Below, piece after piece: positions 14,268 to 23,690 of a DNA stretch of 43,749 nucleotides. Origin of the DNA: Terracidiphilus sp. (GTDB taxonomy: Bacteria; Acidobacteriota; Terriglobia; Terriglobales; Acidobacteriaceae); contig JBEKCW010000001.1 of NCBI GenBank assembly GCA_050014675.1, positions 1 through 43,749 of the forward strand. The letters run 5' to 3'. Position 1 is the stretch's first letter; each line of letters opens with the position of its first letter. The position numbers were made by a program, and so were the translations under genes. The notes under the pieces are model-generated. The model searched no databases. It was not told the origin of the DNA and saw nothing but the letters and a program-made list of their open reading frames with translations.

Positions 14268-14856
14268 GATGTGGTTCCTTTCCATCCGCCGATTGAGTGC
14301 GTTGCTTCCGGTTCAACTTGCGCAATTCAGCCAGAGTCTCTTCAGCCCAGCGCTGGTGGACCTCCAGTTCCAGCTGCCCGAATCGCAGCGCCATCTTCCA
14401 ATAGGGCGCATCGGGGTACTGAGCGAGCTTGGCAATCTCCCCCTCAAGCCCATTGATTTTCTCGAGCGTTCGGTTCTCGCTGCTGGCCATGTGTTCAACA
14501 AAAGCGACGATGCTTTCAGGCTCGGCCTGCACCGCGAAGAAGAGCTTGAGCAACAGTTCGTTGCGGGGAATCTCCGGCTGTGGCTCGACCTTGAGCCACG
14601 CTGCCAGGCGTTCGCGGCCTTTTTTCGTGATCGAGTAGATCTGGCGATCGGGCTTGCCTTTTTGCTTTTCGGTTTTCCCGGTGATAAAGCCGGCAGCGGC
14701 TAGCTTCTTTAAATTGGGATAGATCTGGCCGTAGCTCTCATTCCAGAAATGGCCGATGGAGTCGCGGATGGCCTGGCCGAGGTCGTATCCGGACATGGGC
14801 TCGATGGTCAACAGTCCGAGAAGGACTTCCATGCTGGAGCTGGAGCGCTTCGCCAT
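14254..14856 (-). CDS. PadR family transcriptional regulator (subfamily with C-terminal dimerisation domain)
   Basis: LLGLL..EPMSGYDL...HFWNESYGQIYPNLKKL...YSITKKGRERL...ELLLKLFF. Start at ATG 14856. Confidence 0.93.
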   Translation of the reverse strand: MAKRSSSSMEVLLGLLTIEPMSGYDLGQAIRDSIGHFWNESYGQIYPNLKKLAAAGFITGKTEKQKGKPDRQIYSITKKGRERLAAWLKVEPQPEIPRNELLLKLFFAVQAEPESIVAFVEHMASSENRTLEKINGLEGEIAKLAQYPDAPYWKMALRFGQLELEVHQRWAEETLAELRKLNRKQRTQSADGKEPHHGSK

Positions 14857-14860
14857 AGCT

Positions 14861-14895
14861 CTATTAGATATATGACTATTAGATGTTGTTGTCAA
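14861..14895 (-). promoter_or_regulatory. padR promoter with a putative autoregulatory operator
   Basis: Minus strand TTGACA (14895-14890)-N17-TATATC. A 9-bp direct repeat ATCTAATAG occurs twice (14884-14876, 14869-14861), flanking the -10 region. Confidence 0.55.
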
Positions 14896-14907
14896 CAGAA
14901 ATCGGCG

Positions 14908-15041
14908 CCGGGGCCTGAAAGATGGACCAATTGGAATGGAAAGCCCCGGGCAGCGCTGAAAATAGTGGGACAAATGCCCGGGCCTGAAGGCCCCTAATTT
15001 TTGCGCCATTTTCAGGGGGCTGAAGCGCCCTGCTCCCTCCC
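14908..15041. repeat. Cluster of short GGG(C)CTGAAG(G)CCC-type palindromes (REP-like family B)
   Basis: GGGGCCTGAAA...AAAGCCCC, GGGCCTGAAGGCCC (~14980) and GGGGGCTGAAGCGCCC (~15015) between ald and padR. Confidence 0.6.
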
Positions 15042-15084
15042 ACGGGGCAATTTGCAACTGAGGTTTAAGAAGTCAATAACCGAA

Positions 15085-16200
15085 CTACTCGATCACGCTG
15101 GCGGCGGCTGTCCACGGACGGTGCTGGCTCTCGGCCACGCCGCGATATGTGAGCGTGCCCATCCAGGTGTTCAGACCCTCGGCCAGGCCCGCGTCCTGCT
15201 TGAGTGCCTCGCGCGCGCCAAGGTTTGCAAGGCGCATGACGTATGGGAACGTGGAGTTGGTGAGCGCCAGCGTGGACGTGTGCGGCACGGCTCCGGGCAT
15301 GTTGGTAACGCAATAGTGAACCACGCCGTCGACGGTATAGCTGGGGTTGGAGTGCGAGGTCGGCTTGGCCGTTTCAACGCAACCGCCCTGGTCGATGGCC
15401 ACGTCCACAATCACCGCGCCGGGCTTCATGTTTGAGACCATCTCGCGAGTCACAAGCTTGGGAGCGGTTGCACCGGGAATAAGCACGCCGCCGATGACCA
15501 GGTCGGCCTCGCGCGTGGCCTGCGCAATGTTGTAGCTGTTTGAGGCCAGCGTGTAAAGCCGTCCACCGAAGACGTCTTCGAGTTCGCGAAGGCGGTTCAG
15601 GTTTACGTCGATCAGCGTGGTTTTGGCGCCGAAGCCAAGCGCGATGCGCGCCGCGTTAGTGCCTACGATTCCGCCGCCCAGAATGGTGACGTGCGCCGGA
15701 GGAACGCCGGGAACGCCGCCGAGCAGAATTCCGCGGCCGCCTTTTTCTTTCTCAAGGTAGCTCGCGCCCACCTGCACGCTCATGCGACCCGCAACCTCGC
15801 TCATGGGCGTAAGAAGGGGCAGAGTTCCGCGGCGGTCGCGCACGGTTTCATAAGCGATGCCGATCATTTTCGCGTCGAGCAGCGTGTTTGTGAGCCCGGG
15901 CAGCGGCGCCAGGTGGAGATAGGTGAACAGCACCAGCCCTTCGCGAAAGTAGGCGTACTCGCTCTCGATGGGCTCTTTGACCTTGACGACCATGGCAGAC
16001 TTGCCCCAGCAATATCCGGCATCGCCCACGATCTCGGCGCCGGCCCTCTGGTATTCGTCGTCATTGAACCCCGACAGCGCGCCGGCCTGGGTTTCAACCA
16101 GCACAGTGTGGCCGGCTTCAGTGAGCGACTTCGCGGCTGCCGGCGTTACACCAACGCGCGCTTCATTGTCCTTGATCTCTTTGGGAACTCCGATGATCAT
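15085..16200 (-). CDS. ald: Alanine dehydrogenase
   Basis: [47 protein letters not shown] motif and [12 protein letters not shown] 16200 has a GGAG SD. Confidence 0.97.
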   Translation of the reverse strand: MIIGVPKEIKDNEARVGVTPAAAKSLTEAGHTVLVETQAGALSGFNDDEYQRAGAEIVGDAGYCWGKSAMVVKVKEPIESEYAYFREGLVLFTYLHLAPLPGLTNTLLDAKMIGIAYETVRDRRGTLPLLTPMSEVAGRMSVQVGASYLEKEKGGRGILLGGVPGVPPAHVTILGGGIVGTNAARIALGFGAKTTLIDVNLNRLRELEDVFGGRLYTLASNSYNIAQATREADLVIGGVLIPGATAPKLVTREMVSNMKPGAVIVDVAIDQGGCVETAKPTSHSNPSYTVDGVVHYCVTNMPGAVPHTSTLALTNSTFPYVMRLANLGAREALKQDAGLAEGLNTWMGTLTYRGVAESQHRPWTAAASVIE

Positions 16201-16414
16201 GGTCTGCTCCAATCCGGGTTGTGCTGCTTGTAACTTTGACGCCAGCGCGAGGGCTGAGTTTGTCTGGCTGCGTTTTTACGAAATCAGAAGCGCGCCGGTT
16301 ATTTAAGACGGGGAGGGCTGATACCAGCGCGCCGGCTTCTGATTTCCGTCCAGGATCAAATCGTACGTCGCAGAATGGTGCCAGTGTGTGCAATCTTCGT
16401 GATAAAACAACCCC

Positions 16415-16975
16415 ATGAGCACGAAACGTGATAGAAATGCCCGCGTCGAGCACAAGTCGCCCTCGCGCATCGCTCCTGGGGGAGAATCGTTCACCGCCGC
16501 TGGCCTGAAACCCGGTCCGGGTTCCGAACTCGACGAGCTCGACGCAGCAATTCTGCGCCACCTTGAGCGCCAGGGCCGCGCGACCAACTTTGAAGTTGGA
16601 GAAGCGGTGGGTCTTTCGCCCTCGGCGGCATCGCGGCGGATTCTCGCTCTCGAAGCCACCGGCGCTATCCGCGGATACCGCGCGCTTATCGACGACCGCC
16701 TGCTGGGCAAGAGCATGACGGTTTATATTCGCGTCACGCTCGAGCGGCAGTCGGCTGCGGTTTTAGGCGCGTTTGAGGCGGCGGTGCGCCGCTGCCACGA
16801 CATTGTGAGCTGCCACCTGATGGCCGGCCAGTACGACTACATGCTGGTAGCGCGCGTGGCCGGTATCGACGACTACGGCCGCCTGCACCAGAACGAGCTT
16901 TCCAGGCTGCCGGGCGTGACGCGGCTTGAGACGAGCTTTGCGCTGAGAGATGTGCTGGAGGCGGCCGTTAGGTGA
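16415..16975 (+). CDS. Lrp/AsnC family regulator, divergent from ald (AldR-like)
   Basis: LDELDAAILRHL...VGLSPSAASRRI..LE..GAIRGY HTH plus RAM domain (CHLMAGQYDYML). It has a ~35-aa N-terminal extension. Confidence 0.92.
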   Translation: MSTKRDRNARVEHKSPSRIAPGGESFTAAGLKPGPGSELDELDAAILRHLERQGRATNFEVGEAVGLSPSAASRRILALEATGAIRGYRALIDDRLLGKSMTVYIRVTLERQSAAVLGAFEAAVRRCHDIVSCHLMAGQYDYMLVARVAGIDDYGRLHQNELSRLPGVTRLETSFALRDVLEAAVR

Positions 16976-17033
16976 TGTTCGTGCTTTCCCACCCCAGTTC
17001 GAACTTGATCTCTGACCGCTGATCACTGTCTTT

Positions 17034-18074
17034 CTAATTCATCCACTCGCGCGCGTTCTTCCAGATATCGAGGCCGCCTTCCTGCGCGGAGCGATCGATC
17101 TCGGCCAGTTCGGCGTCGGTGAAGGCCTGGTTCTTGAGCGCGTCGAGCGAGTCGTCGAGCTGCTCCACGTTGCGCGCGCCAATGAGGGCTGAGGTTACGC
17201 CGCCCAGGCGCAGCACCCACGCAATGGCCATCTGCGCGAGCGATTGCCCGCGGCCCCTGGCGACTTCGTAGAGCGCCCTTACGCGCTTGAAGTTCTCTTC
17301 GGTGAGCGCGTCCTTGGGCATCGAAGTATTCTGTTTCGCGGCGCGCGCATCGGCCGGAACGCCATTCAGATATTTGTTGGTCAACAGGCCCTGCGCGAGC
17401 GGCGAAAATGCGATGCAGCCCGCGCCAACTTCTGCGAGCGCGTCGAGAAGGCCTTTCTCGATCCAGCGATTCAGCATGGAGTACGAAGGCTGGTGAATGA
17501 GCAGCGGAACTCCCATGCTCTTGAGGATCGCAGCAGCCTTGCGCGTACGGTCAGCGTTGTAAGAGGAGATGCCGGCGTAGAGCGCCTTGCCCTGGTGAAT
17601 GGCAGTGGCCAGCGCGCCCATGGTTTCTTCGAGCGGGCAGTTGTTCCAGGGACGGTGCGCATAGAAGATGTCGACGTAATCGAGGCCGATGCGCTTTAGG
17701 CTGTCGTCGAGCGAGGCCAGCATGTATTTGCGCGAACCGCCGATGCCGTAGGGGCCCGGCCACATGTCCCAGCCGGCCTTGGTTGAGATCACCAGTTCGT
17801 TGCGCAGGCCGCGAAAATCTTTGCGCAGAATCTCGCCGAAGTTTTCTTCGGCGGAGCCGTAAGGAGGTCCGTAGTTATTGGCCAGATCGAAGTGGGTTAC
17901 GCCGCGGTCGAAGGCGCGGCGGATGGTGGCGCGGCCGGTTTCAAAGACGTCTGCGCCGCCGAAGTTCTGCCAGAGACCGAGCGAAATGGGCGGCAGAACA
18001 AGGCCGGAGTTGCCGCAGTGGCGGAAGGTGGCATTTTCATAGCGGTTTGGATCGGGACTATACGCAGTTTTCAT
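17034..18074 (-). CDS. mgrA: Aldo/keto reductase, MgrA/YghZ (L-glyceraldehyde 3-phosphate reductase) type
   Basis: SLGLWQNFG, FDLANNYGPPYGSAEENFG, ISTKAGWDMWPGPYG and FSPLAQGLLT. Confidence 0.92.
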   Translation of the reverse strand: MKTAYSPDPNRYENATFRHCGNSGLVLPPISLGLWQNFGGADVFETGRATIRRAFDRGVTHFDLANNYGPPYGSAEENFGEILRKDFRGLRNELVISTKAGWDMWPGPYGIGGSRKYMLASLDDSLKRIGLDYVDIFYAHRPWNNCPLEETMGALATAIHQGKALYAGISSYNADRTRKAAAILKSMGVPLLIHQPSYSMLNRWIEKGLLDALAEVGAGCIAFSPLAQGLLTNKYLNGVPADARAAKQNTSMPKDALTEENFKRVRALYEVARGRGQSLAQMAIAWVLRLGGVTSALIGARNVEQLDDSLDALKNQAFTDAELAEIDRSAQEGGLDIWKNAREWMN

Positions 18075-18379
18075 GACTCTAGAATCCTAGACCATTCGAA
18101 TCGTGACGGCCAGCGGCGTGCACCGCGATAGACGCTTAAGATACGCACAAGCTCGGATTCGAAACGATAGACGAGGATAAATGGGTTCCGCGCGACAACG
18201 CGCTCGAGTGTTCCCCTCACGCGACCAGGACATCCCGCACGCGGAAACCGTGAAAGCAGCGTAGCGTCATGGTGGATTCTGGATTCGACGAAGTCGGCGG
18301 CTATTTCGCTCTCATTTGCGATGTATTCCGGCAATTCTTCCAGATCGTTCATGGCGGTCTTGCTCCAAAACAGTCTCAC
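18071..18379 (-). CDS. Type II toxin, RelE/ParE family
   Basis: WSKTAMNDLEE..EYIA...LSRFPRAG.PGRVRGT.E...PFILVYR...VRILSV...ARRWP. The GTG start overlaps the antitoxin stop (GTGA). Confidence 0.85.
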   Translation of the reverse strand: MRLFWSKTAMNDLEELPEYIANESEIAADFVESRIHHDATLLSRFPRAGCPGRVRGTLERVVARNPFILVYRFESELVRILSVYRGARRWPSRFEWSRILES

Positions 18380-18663
18380 GCGCTTTGTTGCAGCTTTCTC
18401 GCCCTCCGGATTGACCGGTGAAACTGCTTCATTGCCTCATCGTGGGGAACGTCGCCCGATTTGTCGGCGAGGGCCTGCTCAACGCCCTTACGAAACCATT
18501 CATCGTATCCGGGCTCGGGCTCGCCAACTTCTTTTTGCCAGGCCGCAAATGCCTCATCGGACATAAGTCCCTGCTCGCCCATCAGGTTGTCGACGAGCCA
18601 AATCTGCTCGGCAGTGGGTAACTGGGGGGCTTCTTCGAGGATTTGTGCGGCGCGACGTGGCAT
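18376..18663 (-). CDS. Cognate antitoxin (addiction-module type)
   Basis: Small acidic ORF upstream of and coupled to the toxin, with YDEWFRKGVEQALAD...VPHDEAM. TAAAAT lies 6 nt before the ATG. Confidence 0.78.
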   Translation of the reverse strand: MPRRAAQILEEAPQLPTAEQIWLVDNLMGEQGLMSDEAFAAWQKEVGEPEPGYDEWFRKGVEQALADKSGDVPHDEAMKQFHRSIRRARKLQQSA

Positions 18664-18698
18664 GGAGAGATTTTAGGGCGATTTAGAATCTTGTCACC

Positions 18699-19031
18699 AT
18701 GCCGAAACACTTCAGCCAAGCGGAAGTTGACTCCAAAGGTGCCCTCGAAACGCTTTGCAAGCTCGCGCCTCATGGCTTCGGCGATGCAGAGTTTGAACTT
18801 GTCCACCATTGGCGCGCAAAGGGCAAGCTGACTGGTTTCAAGAATCACTGCGAGCGACTTATTAAGCGCAAGGACCTGTTCCGGCCCGGGGACAACAATC
18901 ACCTGCTTCATCTGCGGTTGCTCAGCATCCTCCAACTCTGCAACCGGCTCCCGCCGGGCAAGAAAAATTTCAATTCGCTCGCCGAGGAAGCCATGACGGC
19001 ACACCCTCCCATAGAAAAAAACGCGAAGTGA
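18699..19031 (+). CDS. Hypothetical protein
   Basis: A 110-aa ORF fills the gap between the TA pair and the ALDH, with TAGAAT upstream. No motif recognised; an in-register antisense ORF also exists. Confidence 0.4.
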   Translation: MPKHFSQAEVDSKGALETLCKLAPHGFGDAEFELVHHWRAKGKLTGFKNHCERLIKRKDLFRPGDNNHLLHLRLLSILQLCNRLPPGKKNFNSLAEEAMTAHPPIEKNAK

Positions 19032-19041
19032 TTTTCGCGCG

Positions 19042-20532
19042 TTACTCCGCATTATCGATCTGCGCCCGCTGCAGTTTATCGGAGTAGTCCACGTACACCG
19101 CCTTCCACGTTGTGAAAAACTCGATTGCGCCGAGGCCTTCGCGATGGCCGTTGCCGGTTTGCTTTACGCCGCCAAAGGGCAGGTGCACCTCGGCGCCGAT
19201 GGTGGGCGCGTTGATATAAGTAATTCCCGCTTCGAGGTCCCGTATCGCGGTGAAGGCGCGGTTCACGTCGCGCGTGTAAAGCGCGGTTGAGAGGCCGTAG
19301 TCGATGGAGTTGGCGATCTCGATCGCCTCTTCAAAAGTGTCGAACTCAATGAGGCTGACCACTGGCCCAAAGACTTCTTCGCGCGCGATACGCATGGAGG
19401 ACTTGACGCCGCCAAAGACGGTTGGCTCAAAAAAGGTGCCGTTTGCGTAGGACCCGCCGGCGAGCGCAGAACCGCCAGCCAATAGCTCGGCTCCTTCGCC
19501 CTTTGCAATTTCGACGTAGCGGCGAGAGGTCTCGATCTGACTTGCGTTCACCTGCGGGCCCACCTCGATCGACTCGTCGAGCCCGTTGCCGACCTTGAGC
19601 TTCTTTGCACGGGCGATGAACTTCTCAGTGAACTCCGCGGCTATCCCCTTCTGCAGCAGGATGCGGCTGGTGGCGGTGCAGCGCTGGCCGGTGGTTCCAA
19701 ATGCTCCCCACAGCGCGCCGTCGAGGGCCAGGTCGAGATTCGCGTCGTTGAGCACAATCTGTGCGTTCTTGCCGCCCATCTCGAGCGAGACCGGCTTGAA
19801 ACCCGCGGCTGCGCGCTGCGCTACCAGAGAGCCCACTTCGCTTGAGCCGGTGAAGCTGACCGCGCGCACATCGGGATGCTCAACCAGCGGCTGCCCGGCG
19901 TCCGGTCCTTCTCCGCTAACGATGTTCACTACGCCGGCGGGCAGGCCGGCATCAATAAGCGCCTGAACCAGGTTGTAGGTTGAAAGAGGCGTGTCTTCGG
20001 CCGGCTTGATGACGCAGGTGTTGCCGGCGACCAGCGCGGGAAAGAGCTTCCAGCTCGGAATGGCCATGGGGAAGTTCCACGGCGTAATGAGGCCCACTAC
20101 ACCCACCGGCATGCGCACGCTCATGGCGAACTTGTTCACCAGCTCTGAGGGTGTGGTAACGCCAAAGAGCCTGCGCCCCTCGCCGGCCACGTAAAAAGCC
20201 TCGTCAATGGCTTCCTGCACGTCGCCGCGGGTTTCTGCCAGCACCTTGCCCATTTCGCGGGTCATATCGCGGGCGTATTTTTCTTTGCGTTCCTGCAACA
20301 GGAGCCCCGTCTTGACCAGGATTTCAGCGCGCTTGGGCGCGGGAACCAGGCGCCACGAGGCATAGGCCTTTTTTGCCGCGGCAACAGCCTCGGCAACATC
20401 TTGAGCCTGCGAAGCGGGAAACTCGCCCACCACATCGGTGTGGTCCGCGGGATTGAGATTCTGGATTTTTTTGCCGCCGATGGCAGGCTTCCATTCGCCG
20501 CCGATCAGGTTCTTGTAAACGGGGTGTGACAT
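19042..20532 (-). CDS. NAD(P)-dependent aldehyde dehydrogenase
   Basis: [18 protein letters not shown] (catalytic Glu), GQRCTA (catalytic Cys), EEVFGPV and PFGG. Confidence 0.96.
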   Translation of the reverse strand: MSHPVYKNLIGGEWKPAIGGKKIQNLNPADHTDVVGEFPASQAQDVAEAVAAAKKAYASWRLVPAPKRAEILVKTGLLLQERKEKYARDMTREMGKVLAETRGDVQEAIDEAFYVAGEGRRLFGVTTPSELVNKFAMSVRMPVGVVGLITPWNFPMAIPSWKLFPALVAGNTCVIKPAEDTPLSTYNLVQALIDAGLPAGVVNIVSGEGPDAGQPLVEHPDVRAVSFTGSSEVGSLVAQRAAAGFKPVSLEMGGKNAQIVLNDANLDLALDGALWGAFGTTGQRCTATSRILLQKGIAAEFTEKFIARAKKLKVGNGLDESIEVGPQVNASQIETSRRYVEIAKGEGAELLAGGSALAGGSYANGTFFEPTVFGGVKSSMRIAREEVFGPVVSLIEFDTFEEAIEIANSIDYGLSTALYTRDVNRAFTAIRDLEAGITYINAPTIGAEVHLPFGGVKQTGNGHREGLGAIEFFTTWKAVYVDYSDKLQRAQIDNAE

Positions 20533-20866
20533 ATTGCCCTCGATTCTTAATCAGCCAGTGAGGTTATAGCATCTTTCGCTGGGGCTGGCGGAGCCACAAG
20601 CGTTGGGCCACGCCCGGGACAAGGGAGGGGCGACAGATTTGGCGCCGCTCCAAACATAAATTCAGACGAAACCACCTAATTTTACTCGACACCCAGGCAA
20701 AGGCGGGATAGGCTTTGACAATCAAACCGGGCCCCCTCTATAGCGGCGCATTCAAAACTTGGCGCCAATTCAAATGATTGCCGAATCACAGGTCTGAAGC
20801 GGTTGCCTGGACATCGAGCCACCTTCGAGCGACCCTACAGGATCCCATCCAACAAGGAGCGACCCC

Positions 20867-23326
20867 ATGCAGGCACTTTCCCTGCGTGCTGCCATGTGTG
20901 GCAGTGCGCTGCTTTGCCCAATCCTCTTTGCCTCCACCGCCGTATTTGCGCAAATGGATCACGTATCCGCGCCCACGGCAAAACCCGCAATCACGCTAGT
21001 TCCCAGCGCGACCCCAATTGAGCGAAGGGATGGCGAAGCCTCATTTGAGAACGCGCCGGCCAACTTCCATGCGTTTGCCTCGGTACACCTTGGCGACGTG
21101 GCAGTGGCCGAACCACTGACGTTGAAATTCGGGGCTTCAACGCAAATTACCAAGATCGAGTTAACCAAAGATTTTGTAATGGATGCTGGCTCAACCTGCC
21201 AGGTTGGCAACCGCTACTCCGAGGGCGACAGTTGCACGCTGCTGGTGCGCTTTACGCCTCAGGGAGCGGGACGCCGGCTGGGCAAGGCGACTATCACGCA
21301 TACGGCGTCAGTCGAGCCTCTTGCACTGGGGCTTGGCGGAAACGGCTATGCGCCAGTTATCAGCTTCACTCCCGCCGTCATTAGCACCGTTTCCGGTACC
21401 TATCCGTCAAGCAAGGGCCTGCTGAGCGGGGCTACAAACCTGTATGTGGATGGCGGCGATGTTCTTTACCTTGCCGATACCGGCAACAGCCTTATCAGGC
21501 AGATCGACTCCAGCGGGACGATTACCAACACTACGCCGGTTGCCCCTCCGCAGTCCGTAGCTGTTGACGGCTTCGGCTCCATCTATACCGTCAGCCCCGG
21601 GAAAGCGGACTACTTCTCCTACTACGAGTCAGGAGGCACATACACTTTCTTCTTCGGTCCCTACACCCCCGGCACCTGCACCGTAAGCGCGCCTTGCAGT
21701 TTCGGCGAGGTCGGAGCGAGCCACCCCGGCTCCATCACCATTGACTCCAACAACAACCTCTTTATGGAGGAATCCACCGAGGGGGCGATGGTAGTGCCGG
21801 TGGGTGGTGTAGAAGGTGGCGGCGTCACATACACAATTGAAGCGTGGTATCTCGCAGACTCATTTGCCCCCTTTTACAACTCCCCAACCGGCTTTGCCGT
21901 CGACGCCGAAGACAATCTTTACACTGCCTGGAACTACGGAACGTCCGCCTGCGACATAGTTATGGAGCCTCTATACGAGGCCGAGACCGGCATCGGCAGC
22001 TACACCCGAGTGGCGGGTGCCAGCAAGTGCGGCTTCTCGGGTGACGGAGGCCAGGCGCGGGATGCAGAAATCGGCGCGCCAATCGGCCAGATCTTCTTCG
22101 ACATTGCCGGAAACATGTATTTCAGCGACACCGAGAATCAGCGCGTTCGCCGCGTCGATAGCCAAACCGGGCAAATCAACACTATCGCGGGCGCCGGAGT
22201 TGCAGGCTACTCCGGCGACGGGAGCCAGGCCACGAATGCGACGCTCAGTTCGCCGACCGGAGTGGGTGTGGACTCGCAGGGCCAGGTGTACATCATCAGC
22301 TCGGCGACCTCGGGGCAGGTGGTGCGCAAACTTGGACCCAACGGGTTTCTGGCCTTTGGCGCACCGCTGAAGGGCACAAGCAGCACCGCGCACGTGGTGA
22401 CGGTGGCCAACACCGGCAATGACCCGATGGTGCTGACGCAGGCCTATATCAGTGGAACGAATCCAGGCGATTTCGCCATCGACCCCGACACAACGAGCTG
22501 CGATCTGACAGCTCACTCTGCGCTCGTCCCCGGCCAAAGCTGCAAGATCGGCATCATCTTTACGCCTGCGGCAGGTGGGGCCCGCTCAGGCAGCCTGATC
22601 TTGCTCGACAACACGGTAACCAGCATGAACACCGTGCAGTTTACCGGCACCGGAACGCTGCCGACACCAACATTCTCGATGACTGCTCCGGCTTCGGCCG
22701 CTACTGAAACTTCGGGCACTGCGTTCACGTTCTCGGTGAGCGTGACCTCATCGTCAGGACCGCAGCCGACTGGTAAAGTGACCATGCTGCTTAATGGAGC
22801 TGCCATCAGCGGCAGCCCGGTCACTCTGAATGGCTCCGGCGTTGCTTCGCTGAGCGTGGCCTCAACCACGACCGGTGCGAACACGCTCTCGGCCACTTAC
22901 GGCGGAGATACAAACTACGCCGCCGACGGTCCCATCACACGGAGCATCACGGTGAATTCGGCGGCGGTGAAGATTCAGCCTGAAGTGGCTGTGGCTTCGT
23001 CGGCTAACCCCGCAACGGCCTGCAGCGCGATCAGCTTCTCATTCACGGTGAGTGGAACCAGTGGAGAGACACCGACCGGCACCGTGAAGCTGATGAACGG
23101 AACCGATTTGATTGGCAATGCTTCGTTAACCAACGGTGCAGGTACGCTGCCTGGTGTACATCTCGCGGCGGGAACCAACGTTCTGACGGCGCAGTACAGC
23201 GGCGACACAACGCATGAATCGTCAACATCCTCGCCGTTCAAACAAGTGGTTTCAGAGATCGGATGCGCGGTGCTGAGAGAACCAGACCGGCCGGTCTTGC
23301 CACTGGGCCCCAATCTTGCCAGGTAA
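20867..23326 (+). CDS. Large exported protein with ASPM-SPD-2-Hydin/choice-of-anchor D-like Ig domains, NHL repeats and bacterial Ig-like repeats
   Basis: Signal peptide; CTLLVRFTP and CKIGIIFTP Ig-like domains; NHL-type YLADTGN, FSGDGGQA, YSGDGSQAT; C-terminal ATYGGDTNY and AQYSGDTTH repeats. Confidence 0.85.
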   Translation: MQALSLRAAMCGSALLCPILFASTAVFAQMDHVSAPTAKPAITLVPSATPIERRDGEASFENAPANFHAFASVHLGDVAVAEPLTLKFGASTQITKIELTKDFVMDAGSTCQVGNRYSEGDSCTLLVRFTPQGAGRRLGKATITHTASVEPLALGLGGNGYAPVISFTPAVISTVSGTYPSSKGLLSGATNLYVDGGDVLYLADTGNSLIRQIDSSGTITNTTPVAPPQSVAVDGFGSIYTVSPGKADYFSYYESGGTYTFFFGPYTPGTCTVSAPCSFGEVGASHPGSITIDSNNNLFMEESTEGAMVVPVGGVEGGGVTYTIEAWYLADSFAPFYNSPTGFAVDAEDNLYTAWNYGTSACDIVMEPLYEAETGIGSYTRVAGASKCGFSGDGGQARDAEIGAPIGQIFFDIAGNMYFSDTENQRVRRVDSQTGQINTIAGAGVAGYSGDGSQATNATLSSPTGVGVDSQGQVYIISSATSGQVVRKLGPNGFLAFGAPLKGTSSTAHVVTVANTGNDPMVLTQAYISGTNPGDFAIDPDTTSCDLTAHSALVPGQSCKIGIIFTPAAGGARSGSLILLDNTVTSMNTVQFTGTGTLPTPTFSMTAPASAATETSGTAFTFSVSVTSSSGPQPTGKVTMLLNGAAISGSPVTLNGSGVASLSVASTTTGANTLSATYGGDTNYAADGPITRSITVNSAAVKIQPEVAVASSANPATACSAISFSFTVSGTSGETPTGTVKLMNGTDLIGNASLTNGAGTLPGVHLAAGTNVLTAQYSGDTTHESSTSSPFKQVVSEIGCAVLREPDRPVLPLGPNLAR

Positions 23327-23354
23327 ACGTCCGCCGGGCCAGGTAAGCTCGCCA

Positions 23355-23383
23355 GGCTGGGGGCTCCGAAGGAGCCCCCAGCC
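23355..23383 (+). terminator. Perfect 13-bp GC hairpin after the surface-protein gene
   Basis: GGCTGGGGGCTCC-GAA-GGAGCCCCCAGCC. There is no U-tract, so a terminator role is uncertain; it may be a repeat-type hairpin. Confidence 0.45.
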
Positions 23384-23447
23384 GCGGTGATACATGCCGC
23401 GCTGCGGCACATATAAGGTGAAAATGCTTGCCGGGGCGAGCCGTGTG

Positions 23448-23494
23448 CGGGCGGGGACGCCCGCACGACAACCGGGCTGGAGCCCGTCGCAACT
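23448..23494 (+). repeat. Two-hairpin repeat (family C), uninterrupted copy
   Basis: CGGGCGGGGACGCCCGCACGACAACCGGGCTGGAGCCCGTCGCAACT, homologous to 26950-27038. Confidence 0.75.
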
Positions 23495-23690
23495 TTCTTC
23501 AGCGCAAGTTTCAGGGCAGGATTTCCGGCAACGAACCAGGCGCTTATCGTGAGGCTTGGAGCACCTATTTTAACCTCCTCGGCAGCCAACGCCAGACAGC
23601 CGTACAATAAGAAGAGTCGATAAAATGGCCTCCGCTGGGCCTGTTGCGGAAAGCTGGGCATACGCCTGAGTCAGGAAGTTCACTCTTAGA

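Noticed and set aside
16370-16384. TGGCAC...TGC on the minus strand upstream of ald as a sigma54 promoter
   Set aside because: GG-to-GC spacing is 9 nt rather than the required 10.
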